IMG/VR virus record: IMGVR_UViG_3300025066_000012
Location: 32,001-96,000 of that record
Reading direction: 5' to 3' (one strand)
Length of the DNA stretch: 64,000 nt
DNA from: a virus
Lineage: Duplodnaviria > Caudoviricetes
Of the stretch, positions 21,980 through 29,961 are shown one piece after another. Made by a program: the position numbers and the translations under genes. The notes under the pieces are model-generated. The model saw only the letters and a list, made by a program, of their open reading frames with translations, was not told the origin of the DNA and searched no databases. The first letter of the stretch is position 1, and the number at the start of each line of letters is the position of its first letter.

Positions 21980-22351
21980 TTATTTTTTATCTGCTTTTTT
22001 GATAATTTGCCTACAGATTTTCAGCATATCATTTACCGGCATTTTAAGCTTAAATGAGTTTATGCAATATGCACACCAAACAACATTCCCATCTATATAT
22101 CCTTTCTCTGGATCAATACAGTCTAATGACATTTTCAGTGGATCATGTACATGATTCCCATTAACTTTCACTATATTAAGTTCTATATCAGAGTAGAAGC
22201 ATCGTCCGTCTTGCTTGACGAACAGATCTTCTATATACTCTCTTGTAATGGTGAATGGCAGCTGCCTTTTGGAGGCTCGCTTTCTTGCACTTCTTAGTGA
22301 GGATCCGAACATTACGCCGGGATACTCTATACATTTTTCTCTCCACTTCAA
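21980..22351 (-). CDS. His-Me finger/HNH-like endonuclease domain protein
   Basis: QDGRCFYS...SLDCIDPEKGYIDGNVVWCAYCIN..K. Confidence 0.7.
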   Translation of the reverse strand: MKWREKCIEYPGVMFGSSLRSARKRASKRQLPFTITREYIEDLFVKQDGRCFYSDIELNIVKVNGNHVHDPLKMSLDCIDPEKGYIDGNVVWCAYCINSFKLKMPVNDMLKICRQIIKKADKK

Positions 22352-22360
22352 AATGCCCCC

Positions 22361-22618
22361 TTATTCCTCTCCCAATGGCTTGTTAAACACATTGACCATG
22401 ACATGAAGGCCCTTTTTCGCCGCAGTAGCTTTAATCACAGTTCTTAACGCTGCAGCAATTCTTCCCTGCTTTCCAATGACCTTCCCAACATCATCCCTTC
22501 CAATTCTAACTTCCAGAAGGAAGCCTTTATCGGATTCGGTCTGAGTTACTTGAACCGAGGTTTCGTCATCAACAATATTTCTGACCATTTCGGTCAACAA
22601 AGACTTAATCTCTAACAT
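22361..22618 (-). CDS. khpA: KH-domain RNA-binding protein
   Basis: DVGKVIGKQGRIAAALRTVI (GxxG KH loop), 85 aa. Confidence 0.92.
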   Translation of the reverse strand: MLEIKSLLTEMVRNIVDDETSVQVTQTESDKGFLLEVRIGRDDVGKVIGKQGRIAAALRTVIKATAAKKGLHVMVNVFNKPLGEE

Positions 22619-22619
22619 T

Positions 22620-23192
22620 TCAAAGCTCCTTTATGCTTATAATTCTTGATGCTACTTCTTCTTTCCTAGGAACAGTAAGCTCCAAAAGGCCATCCTTCAT
22701 TGATGCCGTCGTCTTTTGGACATCAAATGAAGGGTTTATATAAAATCTACTCTTAAAGTTTCTTCTGGCTATGCCGCGAACTATCATGCCCTTTTGAACA
22801 ATAATATTCGGAGTTTTAGCCGGATACTCTTCGATATCGACACCACTTTCCACCTTTGTCGCCAGAACCTCGATAACAGAAGCAGCATTGCCGAGCTCAG
22901 TTCGAATATTTTCTGCCGGCCCAATTGAAGTCAGCTTTGTTCCAGATCCAGTTATACAAATCTCACTGCCCCCGACTTCAAGTGTGACATCTTTTGGAGA
23001 ATATCCCGCAAGAGCAAACGCCATATGAAAGCCGCTATCATCACACCACTGATCACACCTTGGAAATTTTCCAGAAGAAGAAACTTTCTTATTCGAAGAA
23101 ACCTCTCTGAAAAACTCATCATCTGTCCATAGCATTTCCAAAATTCTAGCCGGAACAGAAACCCTGCTAATTACATCCTTTACATCTTTCAT
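22620..23192 (-). CDS. Small heat-shock protein (Hsp20/IbpA family)
   Basis: ALAGYS...RGIARRNF...ASMKDGLLELTVPR; long internal insertion. Confidence 0.9.
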   Translation of the reverse strand: MKDVKDVISRVSVPARILEMLWTDDEFFREVSSNKKVSSSGKFPRCDQWCDDSGFHMAFALAGYSPKDVTLEVGGSEICITGSGTKLTSIGPAENIRTELGNAASVIEVLATKVESGVDIEEYPAKTPNIIVQKGMIVRGIARRNFKSRFYINPSFDVQKTTASMKDGLLELTVPRKEEVASRIISIKEL

Positions 23193-23198
23193 ATCAAT

Positions 23199-23504
23199 TT
23201 ATTCCTCGTCTTCAATAGGGGTATCAAGATTTGCAGCAATTGAGTTAGCTGCGTCAACAATATTATGAATGGACCAGCTTGTGACGCTTGCAATTGATGC
23301 TCCAATGATTGGATTGATATCAAAATACAAGGACAAAAGTGCACCGACCCAAACTCCAGTACACATGGAGCAGTTTATGAGCTTTTCTAGCCATAGACTT
23401 TTGGATAAAAGCCTTCTAACTGGAGCCATAAGATCTGATGCAACTATTATTATAGTTATTCCAGCGGAACTTAGACAAAATATTAACAAATCAGTTAAAT
23501 GCAT
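23199..23504 (-). CDS. DUF1360-like membrane protein
   Basis: Hydrophobic helices, LINCSMCTGVWVG. Confidence 0.65.
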   Translation of the reverse strand: MHLTDLLIFCLSSAGITIIIVASDLMAPVRRLLSKSLWLEKLINCSMCTGVWVGALLSLYFDINPIIGASIASVTSWSIHNIVDAANSIAANLDTPIEDEE

Positions 23505-23575
23505 TCTTCTTCCATTTAGATATAGTTTACTTTATTTATATTTAAATATCAATATTTTTAAGTTAGTCTATGCCG

Positions 23576-23652
23576 AATTGAGGCGGGGCGCAGGAATCCT
23601 GTGAACCTTTTGCCCGAGGAGCGAGCCGCTCGTTTCGCTGCTCGCCTCAATT
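23576..23652 (+). other. GC-rich multi-hairpin (four-way junction) intergenic element
   Basis: 12-bp outer stem AATTGAGGCGGG/CTCGCCTCAATT enclosing three small hairpins. Confidence 0.45.
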
Positions 23653-23683
23653 ATATTTTAGGCAGGATATTTGAAGCGGCAAG

Positions 23684-23923
23684 TCAACCTTTAGATTCGC
23701 CCTCATATAAGGCTATTTGTCGATCCAGATACCACTTTGCTTTTCTCAAATCTTCTAATACATTTTCATGCTTCTTCCCGGCCCTAGAGATATACTTAAC
23801 AGTATTGCCTAGATTAAATCCAAGCTCCCACGCTTCGATAACATTGATTGCCTCATAAGTAGACGAGCCGTCCGACAATCTTTCCCCGCACTGATAGTGG
23901 CTCGGATGATCAACTTTGCTCAT
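23684..23923 (-). CDS. DUF3310-family protein
   Basis: MSKVDHPSHY...EAINVIEAW.LGFNLGNTVKYISRAGKK...EDLRKAKWYLDR; start trimmed to the ATG at 23923. Confidence 0.88.
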   Translation of the reverse strand: MSKVDHPSHYQCGERLSDGSSTYEAINVIEAWELGFNLGNTVKYISRAGKKHENVLEDLRKAKWYLDRQIALYEGESKG

Positions 23924-24090
23924 CTGTCGAAGTCTCCATTGACAGGCCATTCCTCTGTGCAAAACCCAACATCATCCCCATCTGACTCATTCTCATAAAT
24001 GAATTCTTCTGCAGCTTCCTCCGTAGAAAACACGGCAACAATTCTGTTCTCATTTGCATATGATTCTTCTGTAACTATATAAATTGTCAT
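23920..24090 (-). CDS. Small acidic hypothetical protein (56 aa, not in ORF track)
   Basis: MTIYIVTEESYANENRIVAVFSTEEAAEEF...; ATGA overlap with next gene. Confidence 0.7.
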   Translation of the reverse strand: MTIYIVTEESYANENRIVAVFSTEEAAEEFIYENESDGDDVGFCTEEWPVNGDFDR

Positions 24091-24097
24091 TTTTCCC

Positions 24098-24340
24098 CTA
24101 TAGTGGATCTAAATATGGCTGGGATCTCAGAGTAAAGGCCGGAACATCAGTCTCGGAAATTATCATATCAATCTCTAGGCCGCGAAACTCTTCTTGCTCA
24201 AGAAGCATATCCTCTAAGCTTCCCTGCTTAAGCGGATATGCTGCATGAATTTCAATTACACCAATCTTCCCGTCGTTATTAGTATCAGTTGTTACTACAT
24301 AATAAGTCATATAACTGGTAAACTTTTTCTTTTTTGGCAT
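24098..24340 (-). CDS. Hypothetical protein
   Basis: GGAGG SD, coupled ORF. Confidence 0.7.
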   Translation of the reverse strand: MPKKKKFTSYMTYYVVTTDTNNDGKIGVIEIHAAYPLKQGSLEDMLLEQEEFRGLEIDMIISETDVPAFTLRSQPYLDPL

Positions 24341-25066
24341 TTAAATAACCTCCTTGTCTGCGTCTTCGATAATATGTTCACTTGATATATTATTTGTCAA
24401 CCTAGAAGAACTCTGAACTTTGTCACCACCAATGTTCCACAAAGATACTATGCCATGAACATCGCACAAGGTGACCTCTGGCGTATTATCCTGCTTTCTA
24501 TCTCCGCCATTAGCGAAGTAGTTTGGATTTATATCTACCAAGGCGGTACACACTGTTCCGTCCGAATCATCAACAGAGCACACAGAATGGACTCTCGCTA
24601 TAGACTCTAGGATTTCACGTCGTTCCTCATATGGCATAAAGACATAACCCTTCTTTCTCATTAGCCATTCATCGGAGTTTAAGATTACAATTACATTCCC
24701 ATACTCTGATGCATCCTGTATCATTCTTACATGCCCAACATGAATTGGGTCAAATCCGCCTGATACGCAAACGGTGGTATACGGAGTTGGAACTGGTTTC
24801 GGATTATTCATATTATCTTTCTCCTTAATAAGTTTTGATTTATCTATACATCTTTGACAGACAACTACTCCCGCAATTGTTGGCGAGTTTACTACTTCAA
24901 AGTTATTTGATTGATTTCCACAGGCATCACAGATTGCAGATTCATCCTCTGGCCCCCATGACTGGTAATCTGCCGCACAACCTACTGAGCAAAAAGCATT
25001 ATATCCAACATCATATGTTGTATAGGCCTTATTACACTCTCTGCATTTAGAGATTATTTTCGCCAT
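24341..25066 (-). CDS. Cytidylyltransferase (TagD/RfaE-II-like) with N-terminal Cys-rich extension
   Basis: SGGFDPIHVGH (HIGH motif), NSDEWL.RKKG, FANGGDR, SSS; internal AAGGAG plus ATG at 24811. Confidence 0.9.
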   Translation of the reverse strand: MAKIISKCRECNKAYTTYDVGYNAFCSVGCAADYQSWGPEDESAICDACGNQSNNFEVVNSPTIAGVVVCQRCIDKSKLIKEKDNMNNPKPVPTPYTTVCVSGGFDPIHVGHVRMIQDASEYGNVIVILNSDEWLMRKKGYVFMPYEERREILESIARVHSVCSVDDSDGTVCTALVDINPNYFANGGDRKQDNTPEVTLCDVHGIVSLWNIGGDKVQSSSRLTNNISSEHIIEDADKEVI

Positions 25067-25069
25067 TAC

Positions 25070-25246
25070 TTACCTGCTCAGAATGTGTGTTGAGCTTTCA
25101 TGCTGCCCTGCGCCGGTCTGCCTGACAAACCTTGCCTTCTCATGTAGCTCACCGATTGTTCTTGCCCCCGAGTATGAAAGCCCACCCCGAATGCCCCTCT
25201 CTAAATCACTCAGTATATCCGCTACAGGGCCTTTGTACGGAACAGC
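25070..25246 (-). pseudogene. Orphan 3' fragment of an IMPDH/GMPR gene
   Basis: Translates [58 protein letters not shown], closely similar to the C-terminus of 29962..30981; preceded by in-frame TGA, no start codon. Confidence 0.92.
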
Positions 25247-25278
25247 TCAGTCAGTTGCATCAGGTTATCCTCTTCCAT

Positions 25279-25307
25279 AATATACTTTATTATGTTTTAA
25301 TAATCAA
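25279..25307 (-). promoter_or_regulatory. Sigma70-like promoter
   Basis: TTGATT-N17-TATATT. Confidence 0.5.
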
Positions 25308-25352
25308 GAATATTAAGGTATCTTGTCATAGTTCTCAGAGCGCCTCACGAAT

Positions 25353-25571
25353 TTATGCAAAGCTTTTAATCACGTTGGTCTGAAGCATGGTAAATTCAAC
25401 TATCTCACAATCCTTAAACATTTTTCTTGTCCCAGAATAAGAATTTGAGTTTAACCAGTTAGTAATTGCCGCTAAAGACCTATAAGCTTTTCCGTTTTTC
25501 TTCCAACTTGGATAAGATCCTCCGTCTGAGAATAATCCAGTTAGTTTATTTCTAATCTTATAAATCTTCAT
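25353..25571 (-). CDS. Hypothetical protein (resembles 58081..58359)
   Basis: YKIRNKLTGLF...W...GK pattern. Confidence 0.7.
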   Translation of the reverse strand: MKIYKIRNKLTGLFSDGGSYPSWKKNGKAYRSLAAITNWLNSNSYSGTRKMFKDCEIVEFTMLQTNVIKSFA

Positions 25572-25580
25572 ACAATCCTC

Positions 25581-25817
25581 TTAACTATCTAAATGCTTCC
25601 TAATCTCTTGAAACAGCCTTCTTAGATTTGGAAATACAACATTATCCTTACCCTTGGCGCTTAGAAAGGCGGCTGTGAATCCATGGTTTCCAAGATACTT
25701 TTCAGTGACCCTTGTTCCATTAACCTTGTTTAAATAAATCCAAGGAAGATTAGCTTGGAACTCAACAGAGATTCCGATGCGATCAAGGCGGGCTGTCAGT
25801 CTTTGAATCTTAGTCAT
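25581..25817 (-). CDS. Hypothetical protein
   Basis: 78-aa ORF, NLPWIYL motif. Confidence 0.7.
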   Translation of the reverse strand: MTKIQRLTARLDRIGISVEFQANLPWIYLNKVNGTRVTEKYLGNHGFTAAFLSAKGKDNVVFPNLRRLFQEIRKHLDS

Positions 25818-25820
25818 TAT

Positions 25821-26438
25821 TTAACCTTTCAATAGAAACAGAAGCTTTTCCTTATCTGCATCCGAAGCAGCCTCAAAGACTGCTTCAATATTTCCGAAGC
25901 CTTGATCATTCTTGACCTTATAATCAATGATGAAGCTTAGATTCTTATAGAGAATATTGTGGATATACTTGCTGGTAGCAGCAGCATAAACAGCAGCTTC
26001 AGCAGCACAAGCCGCAGTAGCAGCTTCAGCGGCAGCATAATAAGCAGCAGCACAAGTAGCAGCTTCAGCGGCAGCATAATAAGCACAAGTAGCAGCTTCA
26101 GCAGAATAAGCAGCAGCTTCAGCAGCACAAACAGCAGCATAAGCAGCAGCACAAGTAGCAGCTTCAGCAGAATAAGCAGCAGCATAAGCAGCTTCAGCAG
26201 CACAAGCAGCAGCATAAACAGCATCAGCAGCAGCATAAACAGCATCAGCAGCATCAGCATCAGCAGGATTCCTCAGCCATGCTTCAGCAGTTTCGATTGC
26301 TTTCAAAGGTCGTTTATCCTTCGGATACACCTTCTCAAAGAGAGGCAGAACTTCTCTTGCAAAGATGCAAGCAACCCAAGCGGACAGAGGCTTGTCGAGT
26401 CTTAAGTCTTTAACGGATAAGAGGCTCATTGTCTTCAA
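25821..26438 (-). CDS. Imm5-like helical domain protein with Ala-rich repeat tract
   Basis: ACIFAREVLPLFEKVYPKDKRPLKAIETAEAWL followed by AAYAAAEAAT-type repeats. Confidence 0.7.
   Translation of the reverse strand: MKTMSLLSVKDLRLDKPLSAWVACIFAREVLPLFEKVYPKDKRPLKAIETAEAWLRNPADADAADAVYAAADAVYAAACAAEAAYAAAYSAEAATCAAAYAAVCAAEAAAYSAEAATCAYYAAAEAATCAAAYYAAAEAATAACAAEAAVYAAATSKYIHNILYKNLSFIIDYKVKNDQGFGNIEAVFEAASDADKEKLLFLLKG
25975..26265 (-). repeat. GCT-codon-rich degenerate tandem repeat
   Basis: Repeated gcagcagcttcagcag / gcataagcagcag units. Confidence 0.9.
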
Positions 26439-26533
26439 CTATCAACAGATATCTAAATCTTATTTATAACTTTAAAAGTTCTCGTCGGCCTGCGGTGGTG
26501 GCAGCCGCCCGACGACTTGCCGAGCGGCTTCAA

Positions 26534-26802
26534 CTACAATTTAGGCGCGGGAACTGTTGCGTCAAGACTCGTTGCAGATTCCTTTTCACGAGTCTCGATT
26601 AAGCGGTCCAGATACCACCTTGCCTTCTTCAAATCTTCCAGAACATTGTCATGCTTTTTCCGGCCCTAGATATATACTTAACAGTATTTCCCAAATGGAA
26701 TCCCAGGTCCCATGCTTCGATAACTTTAATCGTTTCATAAACCGAAGAGTCTCCCTGGGCAGCGCCGCTCTGATAGTGATTCGGATGTTTTACATTGCTC
26801 AT
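26534..26802 (-). pseudogene. Second DUF3310 paralog with a 1-nt frameshift
   Basis: MSNVKHPNHYQ...LGNTVKYISRAGK, then -1 frame KHDNVLEDLKKARWYLDRL...; break in A5 run at 26655-26659. Confidence 0.85.
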
Positions 26803-26813
26803 TTATTTCTCCA

Positions 26814-27486
26814 TTATTCCAACCTTCCCTTTAAAAGATCACTAAATTTAGTAACCTTGCCAGTCCTGTGATCTGTAACTTTATCTCTTTGAATCTGATA
26901 AGTTTTAATCTTATCTCCCCTCATTCCCGAGCCAACCTGAGAGGATCTAATCCTTGAGCGTTTTTTCCCAAGCGTATCAGATTCTATCTCATAAAGCTTT
27001 GCCCGAAGTAATCTTAAGGCGTTCTCTTTATTCAGGCGTTGAGAGCGCTCCTGCTCACATCGCACAGATATCTGAGTTGGGATATGCTTTAGCTGAACAG
27101 CAGAGTCAGTTGTATTCCTGTGCTGACCTCCCGCTCCAGAGCCACGACAGGTTTTCCATTCAAGATCTTTTTCTAAAATCTTTATGTCAGCCTGCTTAGG
27201 CTCCTCTAAAACTGCAACAGTTATTGTTGAAGTATGAATTCGCCCTCTTTTGTCAGTAGGGGATGCTCTCTGAAAACGATGACCCCCCGCTTCTCTGCCA
27301 AACATCTTTAAAGCATTCTTCCCTTTTACTAGGGCGATTATAATCCCTGGACGAGAATCTATTAGGCTTAAGCTAAAGAGAGTTCCGGCGACAGACCTTG
27401 GCGTAAATTCCAAATTGATCTTTAACAAGAAGTTTGCTGTCCCTGCCGCCTTCGGCGGCTCTAATCTCTAATATAATAGAATTCAT
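26814..27486 (-). CDS. Class I peptide chain release factor homolog lacking domain 1; needs +1 frameshift at CTT TAG C (27378-27372); about 223 aa
   Basis: AAGGAG SD plus MNSIILEIRAAEGG...RRNSL-TAG; +1 frame continues SLSLIDS...EAGGHRFQRASPTDKRGRIHTST...GSGAGGQHRNTTDSAV...ERSQ...KIKTY. Confidence 0.92.
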
Positions 27487-27568
27487 ATCTACTCTCCTTA
27501 GTTTGTTCTGGTTTAATACCAGAAGCCATAATCATTTTACCTAGAATAATCTCCGTCAACAATCCATT

Positions 27569-28069
27569 TTATTTTAGACATATCTTATTTCTCTCTTTAG
27601 GATAAACATAAACAAGAGTACTATTCTTAAATAGTCTTACCTCGCCGGATGGAAGGTCTGTTAGTCCAACGATTCTCACACAAATGGTGCTGCCCAGATG
27701 TGATCCATTGTTGGCTCCAGTCTCTGTTCCAATCATCCACCTTGCTCCTGAATCATCCCAAAAGAATTTATCGTTGCCTTCAATAAGAACCTCGCTCAGT
27801 GTGACTTCTTTTTCATCGCCAAACACCATCGCCACAGTCTCAAGTGGTAACGCCTTCACCAAGCCCTCTAGAGAGGAACTCATTTCTTCGTCATTCATAA
27901 TGCATGTGCCAGAAACCATCCAAGATTCTTCTTTTTCATCCCAAGAGACATCTAATTCCAATCCAAATAGATTAAAATGTCCTCCGTGATATTTTTCATT
28001 TCCCCTGTCATTAATACCGGGGCCAGGATGCGGTGCTAGATATGGGTGTAATCTTTTTTTCATTTTCAA
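27569..28069 (-). CDS. Hypothetical protein
   Basis: 166-aa ORF. Confidence 0.65.
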   Translation of the reverse strand: MKMKKRLHPYLAPHPGPGINDRGNEKYHGGHFNLFGLELDVSWDEKEESWMVSGTCIMNDEEMSSSLEGLVKALPLETVAMVFGDEKEVTLSEVLIEGNDKFFWDDSGARWMIGTETGANNGSHLGSTICVRIVGLTDLPSGEVRLFKNSTLVYVYPKERNKICLK

Positions 28070-28072
28070 CTC

Positions 28073-28309
28073 CTATTCGGTTCCATTAAGATAAAGTTTC
28101 AGTGCTTCTCGGTAATCAAAGGTCCTTCTTACACAATCATATTCCCATCCGCGTAATCCTCTGCGTTTACACTCAATAGTGATTACTCCATACTCTGCCG
28201 AATCAAAATTTATCCAATATTCATCCCCGACCTCTTCCCGGACAATATCCATAAGATTCTTAACAATCGCATCTTGTAACCATTGGTTAATTTCAATTGT
28301 AGTTTTCAT
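28073..28309 (-). CDS. Hypothetical protein
   Basis: ATGA-coupled ORF. Confidence 0.65.
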   Translation of the reverse strand: MKTTIEINQWLQDAIVKNLMDIVREEVGDEYWINFDSAEYGVITIECKRRGLRGWEYDCVRRTFDYREALKLYLNGTE

Positions 28310-28752
28310 TGCTCAATCCTTTCAGTCTTATCCCACATGTCTAGCTGCTGCTCGTTAAGCTCTTGCCTCTTTGCATTATCAAAAATAACTCTTTCCTCAT
28401 AGTGTTTATCGCAGAGAGTGCTGTTCCAAGCAGTTCTTCTGAGCTTACCTTTTCCTCCGCAAGTCTCGCAGATTTCGTAAGACATTGTCTCTGCAAAAGT
28501 AATCACTCCCGAGATAAAATCATCGCCGCCGTTAAAATAGGCTCTGAGTCCTCCAAACTTTTCTTTTATTTGACAAAAATAAAACGAGTGCATATAGTGA
28601 CCGTTCAAAGGCGGTTCTGCACCGTCCTCTATGATGGCCTTTCCCGTGTACTTAAGGTAGTGCTCAATATGCGCGCACATTGCCTCAAGAAGATTCGACC
28701 ACCCCTCTCCAACGCAGGGGTAGCAATTGCTCAAGAGATCTGAATATTTCAT
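28306..28752 (-). CDS. Phage hypothetical protein with QIKEKFGGLR motif
   Basis: VGEGW..LL...QIKEKFGGLR.Y...S..ICETCG...TLCDKH; start uncertain. Confidence 0.75.
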   Translation of the reverse strand: MKYSDLLSNCYPCVGEGWSNLLEAMCAHIEHYLKYTGKAIIEDGAEPPLNGHYMHSFYFCQIKEKFGGLRAYFNGGDDFISGVITFAETMSYEICETCGGKGKLRRTAWNSTLCDKHYEERVIFDNAKRQELNEQQLDMWDKTERIEQ

Positions 28753-28885
28753 AGTCAATCGAGCCTCCCACGTCAATACAGTCTTCGCACAAAGTAACGC
28801 GCCGAGGCCCGCGTGACCCAACTTGGCTTAGGTTATCGCACTCTTTCTTGCAACCTGTGCAGATTCCCATTTCTTTCTCACTCAT
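28685..28885 (-). CDS. Small Zn-finger hypothetical protein
   Basis: CTGC...CEDC. Confidence 0.5.
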   Translation of the reverse strand: MSEKEMGICTGCKKECDNLSQVGSRGPRRVTLCEDCIDVGGSIDYEIFRSLEQLLPLRWRGVVESS

Positions 28886-29022
28886 TTTCTTTCTCCGGTA
28901 AATCTAGGGCTCCGCAATTACATGCGTGCCAGTCTTGATGCCAAGGGCAATCTTCTGTGTGATCTACGACTCTATCGTAAATAATAAACTTAGTATTTGT
29001 ATACTTATTTTTCATTTTCTAC

Positions 29023-29235
29023 CTACGCCTCTCCAAGTGATTCAAAAAAGATCCCCACTGAAACAAGATTTGGTTTGGGAGCTGAAAGCCGAACATCCTC
29101 AATAGCTCTGACTCTTTGCAGAATTTGGTCAACCAAAGCTAAGTCTCCCACTTGAGGTATATCTTGTGGCGGCAATTCAGCCAGATAAACAAACCCTCTG
29201 TTCTCTATTTTACAGCAATCGTTATATTTGAACAT
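29023..29235 (-). CDS. Hypothetical protein
   Basis: 70-aa ORF. Confidence 0.55.
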   Translation of the reverse strand: MFKYNDCCKIENRGFVYLAELPPQDIPQVGDLALVDQILQRVRAIEDVRLSAPKPNLVSVGIFFESLGEA

Positions 29236-29255
29236 TTTCTCTATTAACCCAAAAA

Positions 29256-29543
29256 TTATACGAGGACCGGATTAAGGGGAAGTTCTTCCGGGTAGTATGT
29301 CGAAACATTGGCTGAATCATAATAGTGAAGAAGAGAGGAGGACTTAAACTTAAATCTACCCTTCTGAACACTTGACATATACTTTCCGGTCTTCGCGCTA
29401 GCTAGCGTAGAGTCTTCAATATATTTTAGAGCCTGCTCTCTTGCATCAAAGAGGGCAATGTTTTCTTCAGTCTCAGAAACATTATCAGTCCATCCGCCAT
29501 AGCCATATTCGCGTTCAGTTTTAAATCCAATTAATACAAACAT
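29256..29543 (-). CDS. Hypothetical protein
   Basis: 95-aa ORF. Confidence 0.7.
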   Translation of the reverse strand: MFVLIGFKTEREYGYGGWTDNVSETEENIALFDAREQALKYIEDSTLASAKTGKYMSSVQKGRFKFKSSSLLHYYDSANVSTYYPEELPLNPVLV

Positions 29544-29550
29544 AATTTCC

Positions 29551-29748
29551 CTAAACCTCTCTAACTATATAAAAGTCGTTCCTCTTATAATCCGGAATTG
29601 TTTTCCACGGAGAAATTTGACCTCTATGAAAACAATACTCTGCACATTCAATCCAACTGCCGGTATATTTGGGAGGAGAATGCTTGCTTAAAATATACAG
29701 CTTTCCATCTCTTTTTGATTTATATATTGTCATTCTTGCTATTTCCAA
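29551..29748 (-). CDS. Hypothetical protein (resembles 53472..53654)
   Basis: IYKSKRDGKLY versus IFKRKKTGKLY. Confidence 0.65.
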   Translation of the reverse strand: MEIARMTIYKSKRDGKLYILSKHSPPKYTGSWIECAEYCFHRGQISPWKTIPDYKRNDFYIVREV

Positions 29749-29954
29749 CGAGATGAATAAGAGTTTGCCATTTTGACAAGCTTATAGTTTGAATCAGGTG
29801 ACTCCCCGTAAAGAATAATGCTCGCTACAATTAACGAGTTGCCTCCCAATTGTTCTAGAAGATTAATCGTTGCCTCAGTCGCACCTAATCCGGCGTTCTT
29901 CCTCCTAACAATTAGGTCTAATACGGCAGCCTCCTGTGGTGAAAACATTATCAT
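29739..29954 (-). CDS. Hypothetical protein
   Basis: 71-aa ORF. Confidence 0.55.
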   Translation of the reverse strand: MIMFSPQEAAVLDLIVRRKNAGLGATEATINLLEQLGGNSLIVASIILYGESPDSNYKLVKMANSYSSRWK

Positions 29955-29961
29955 ATTTGCC

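Noticed and set aside
25937-26405. Leu-rich (107 aa) and Ser-rich (148 aa) ORFs, or a CRISPR-like array
   Set aside because: These are alternative frames of the GCT-rich Ala repeat. There is no constant repeat with unique spacers.
23532-26468. T4-type late promoter TATAAATA near 23540 and 26465 (minus strand)
   Set aside because: The same octamer also occurs inside coding sequence (about 11115) and is expected by chance in AT-rich DNA.
27375-27428. ORF-track N-terminus MLKINLEFTPRSVAGTLF for the release factor
   Set aside because: TTG start without an SD and no release-factor similarity. The true N-terminus is in another frame from the ATG at 27486.
27487-27581. Upstream frame MSKIKWIVDGDYSR*NDYG... 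in frame with the release factor as a readthrough extension
   Set aside because: No similarity to release-factor domain 1, and the factor has its own strong SD.
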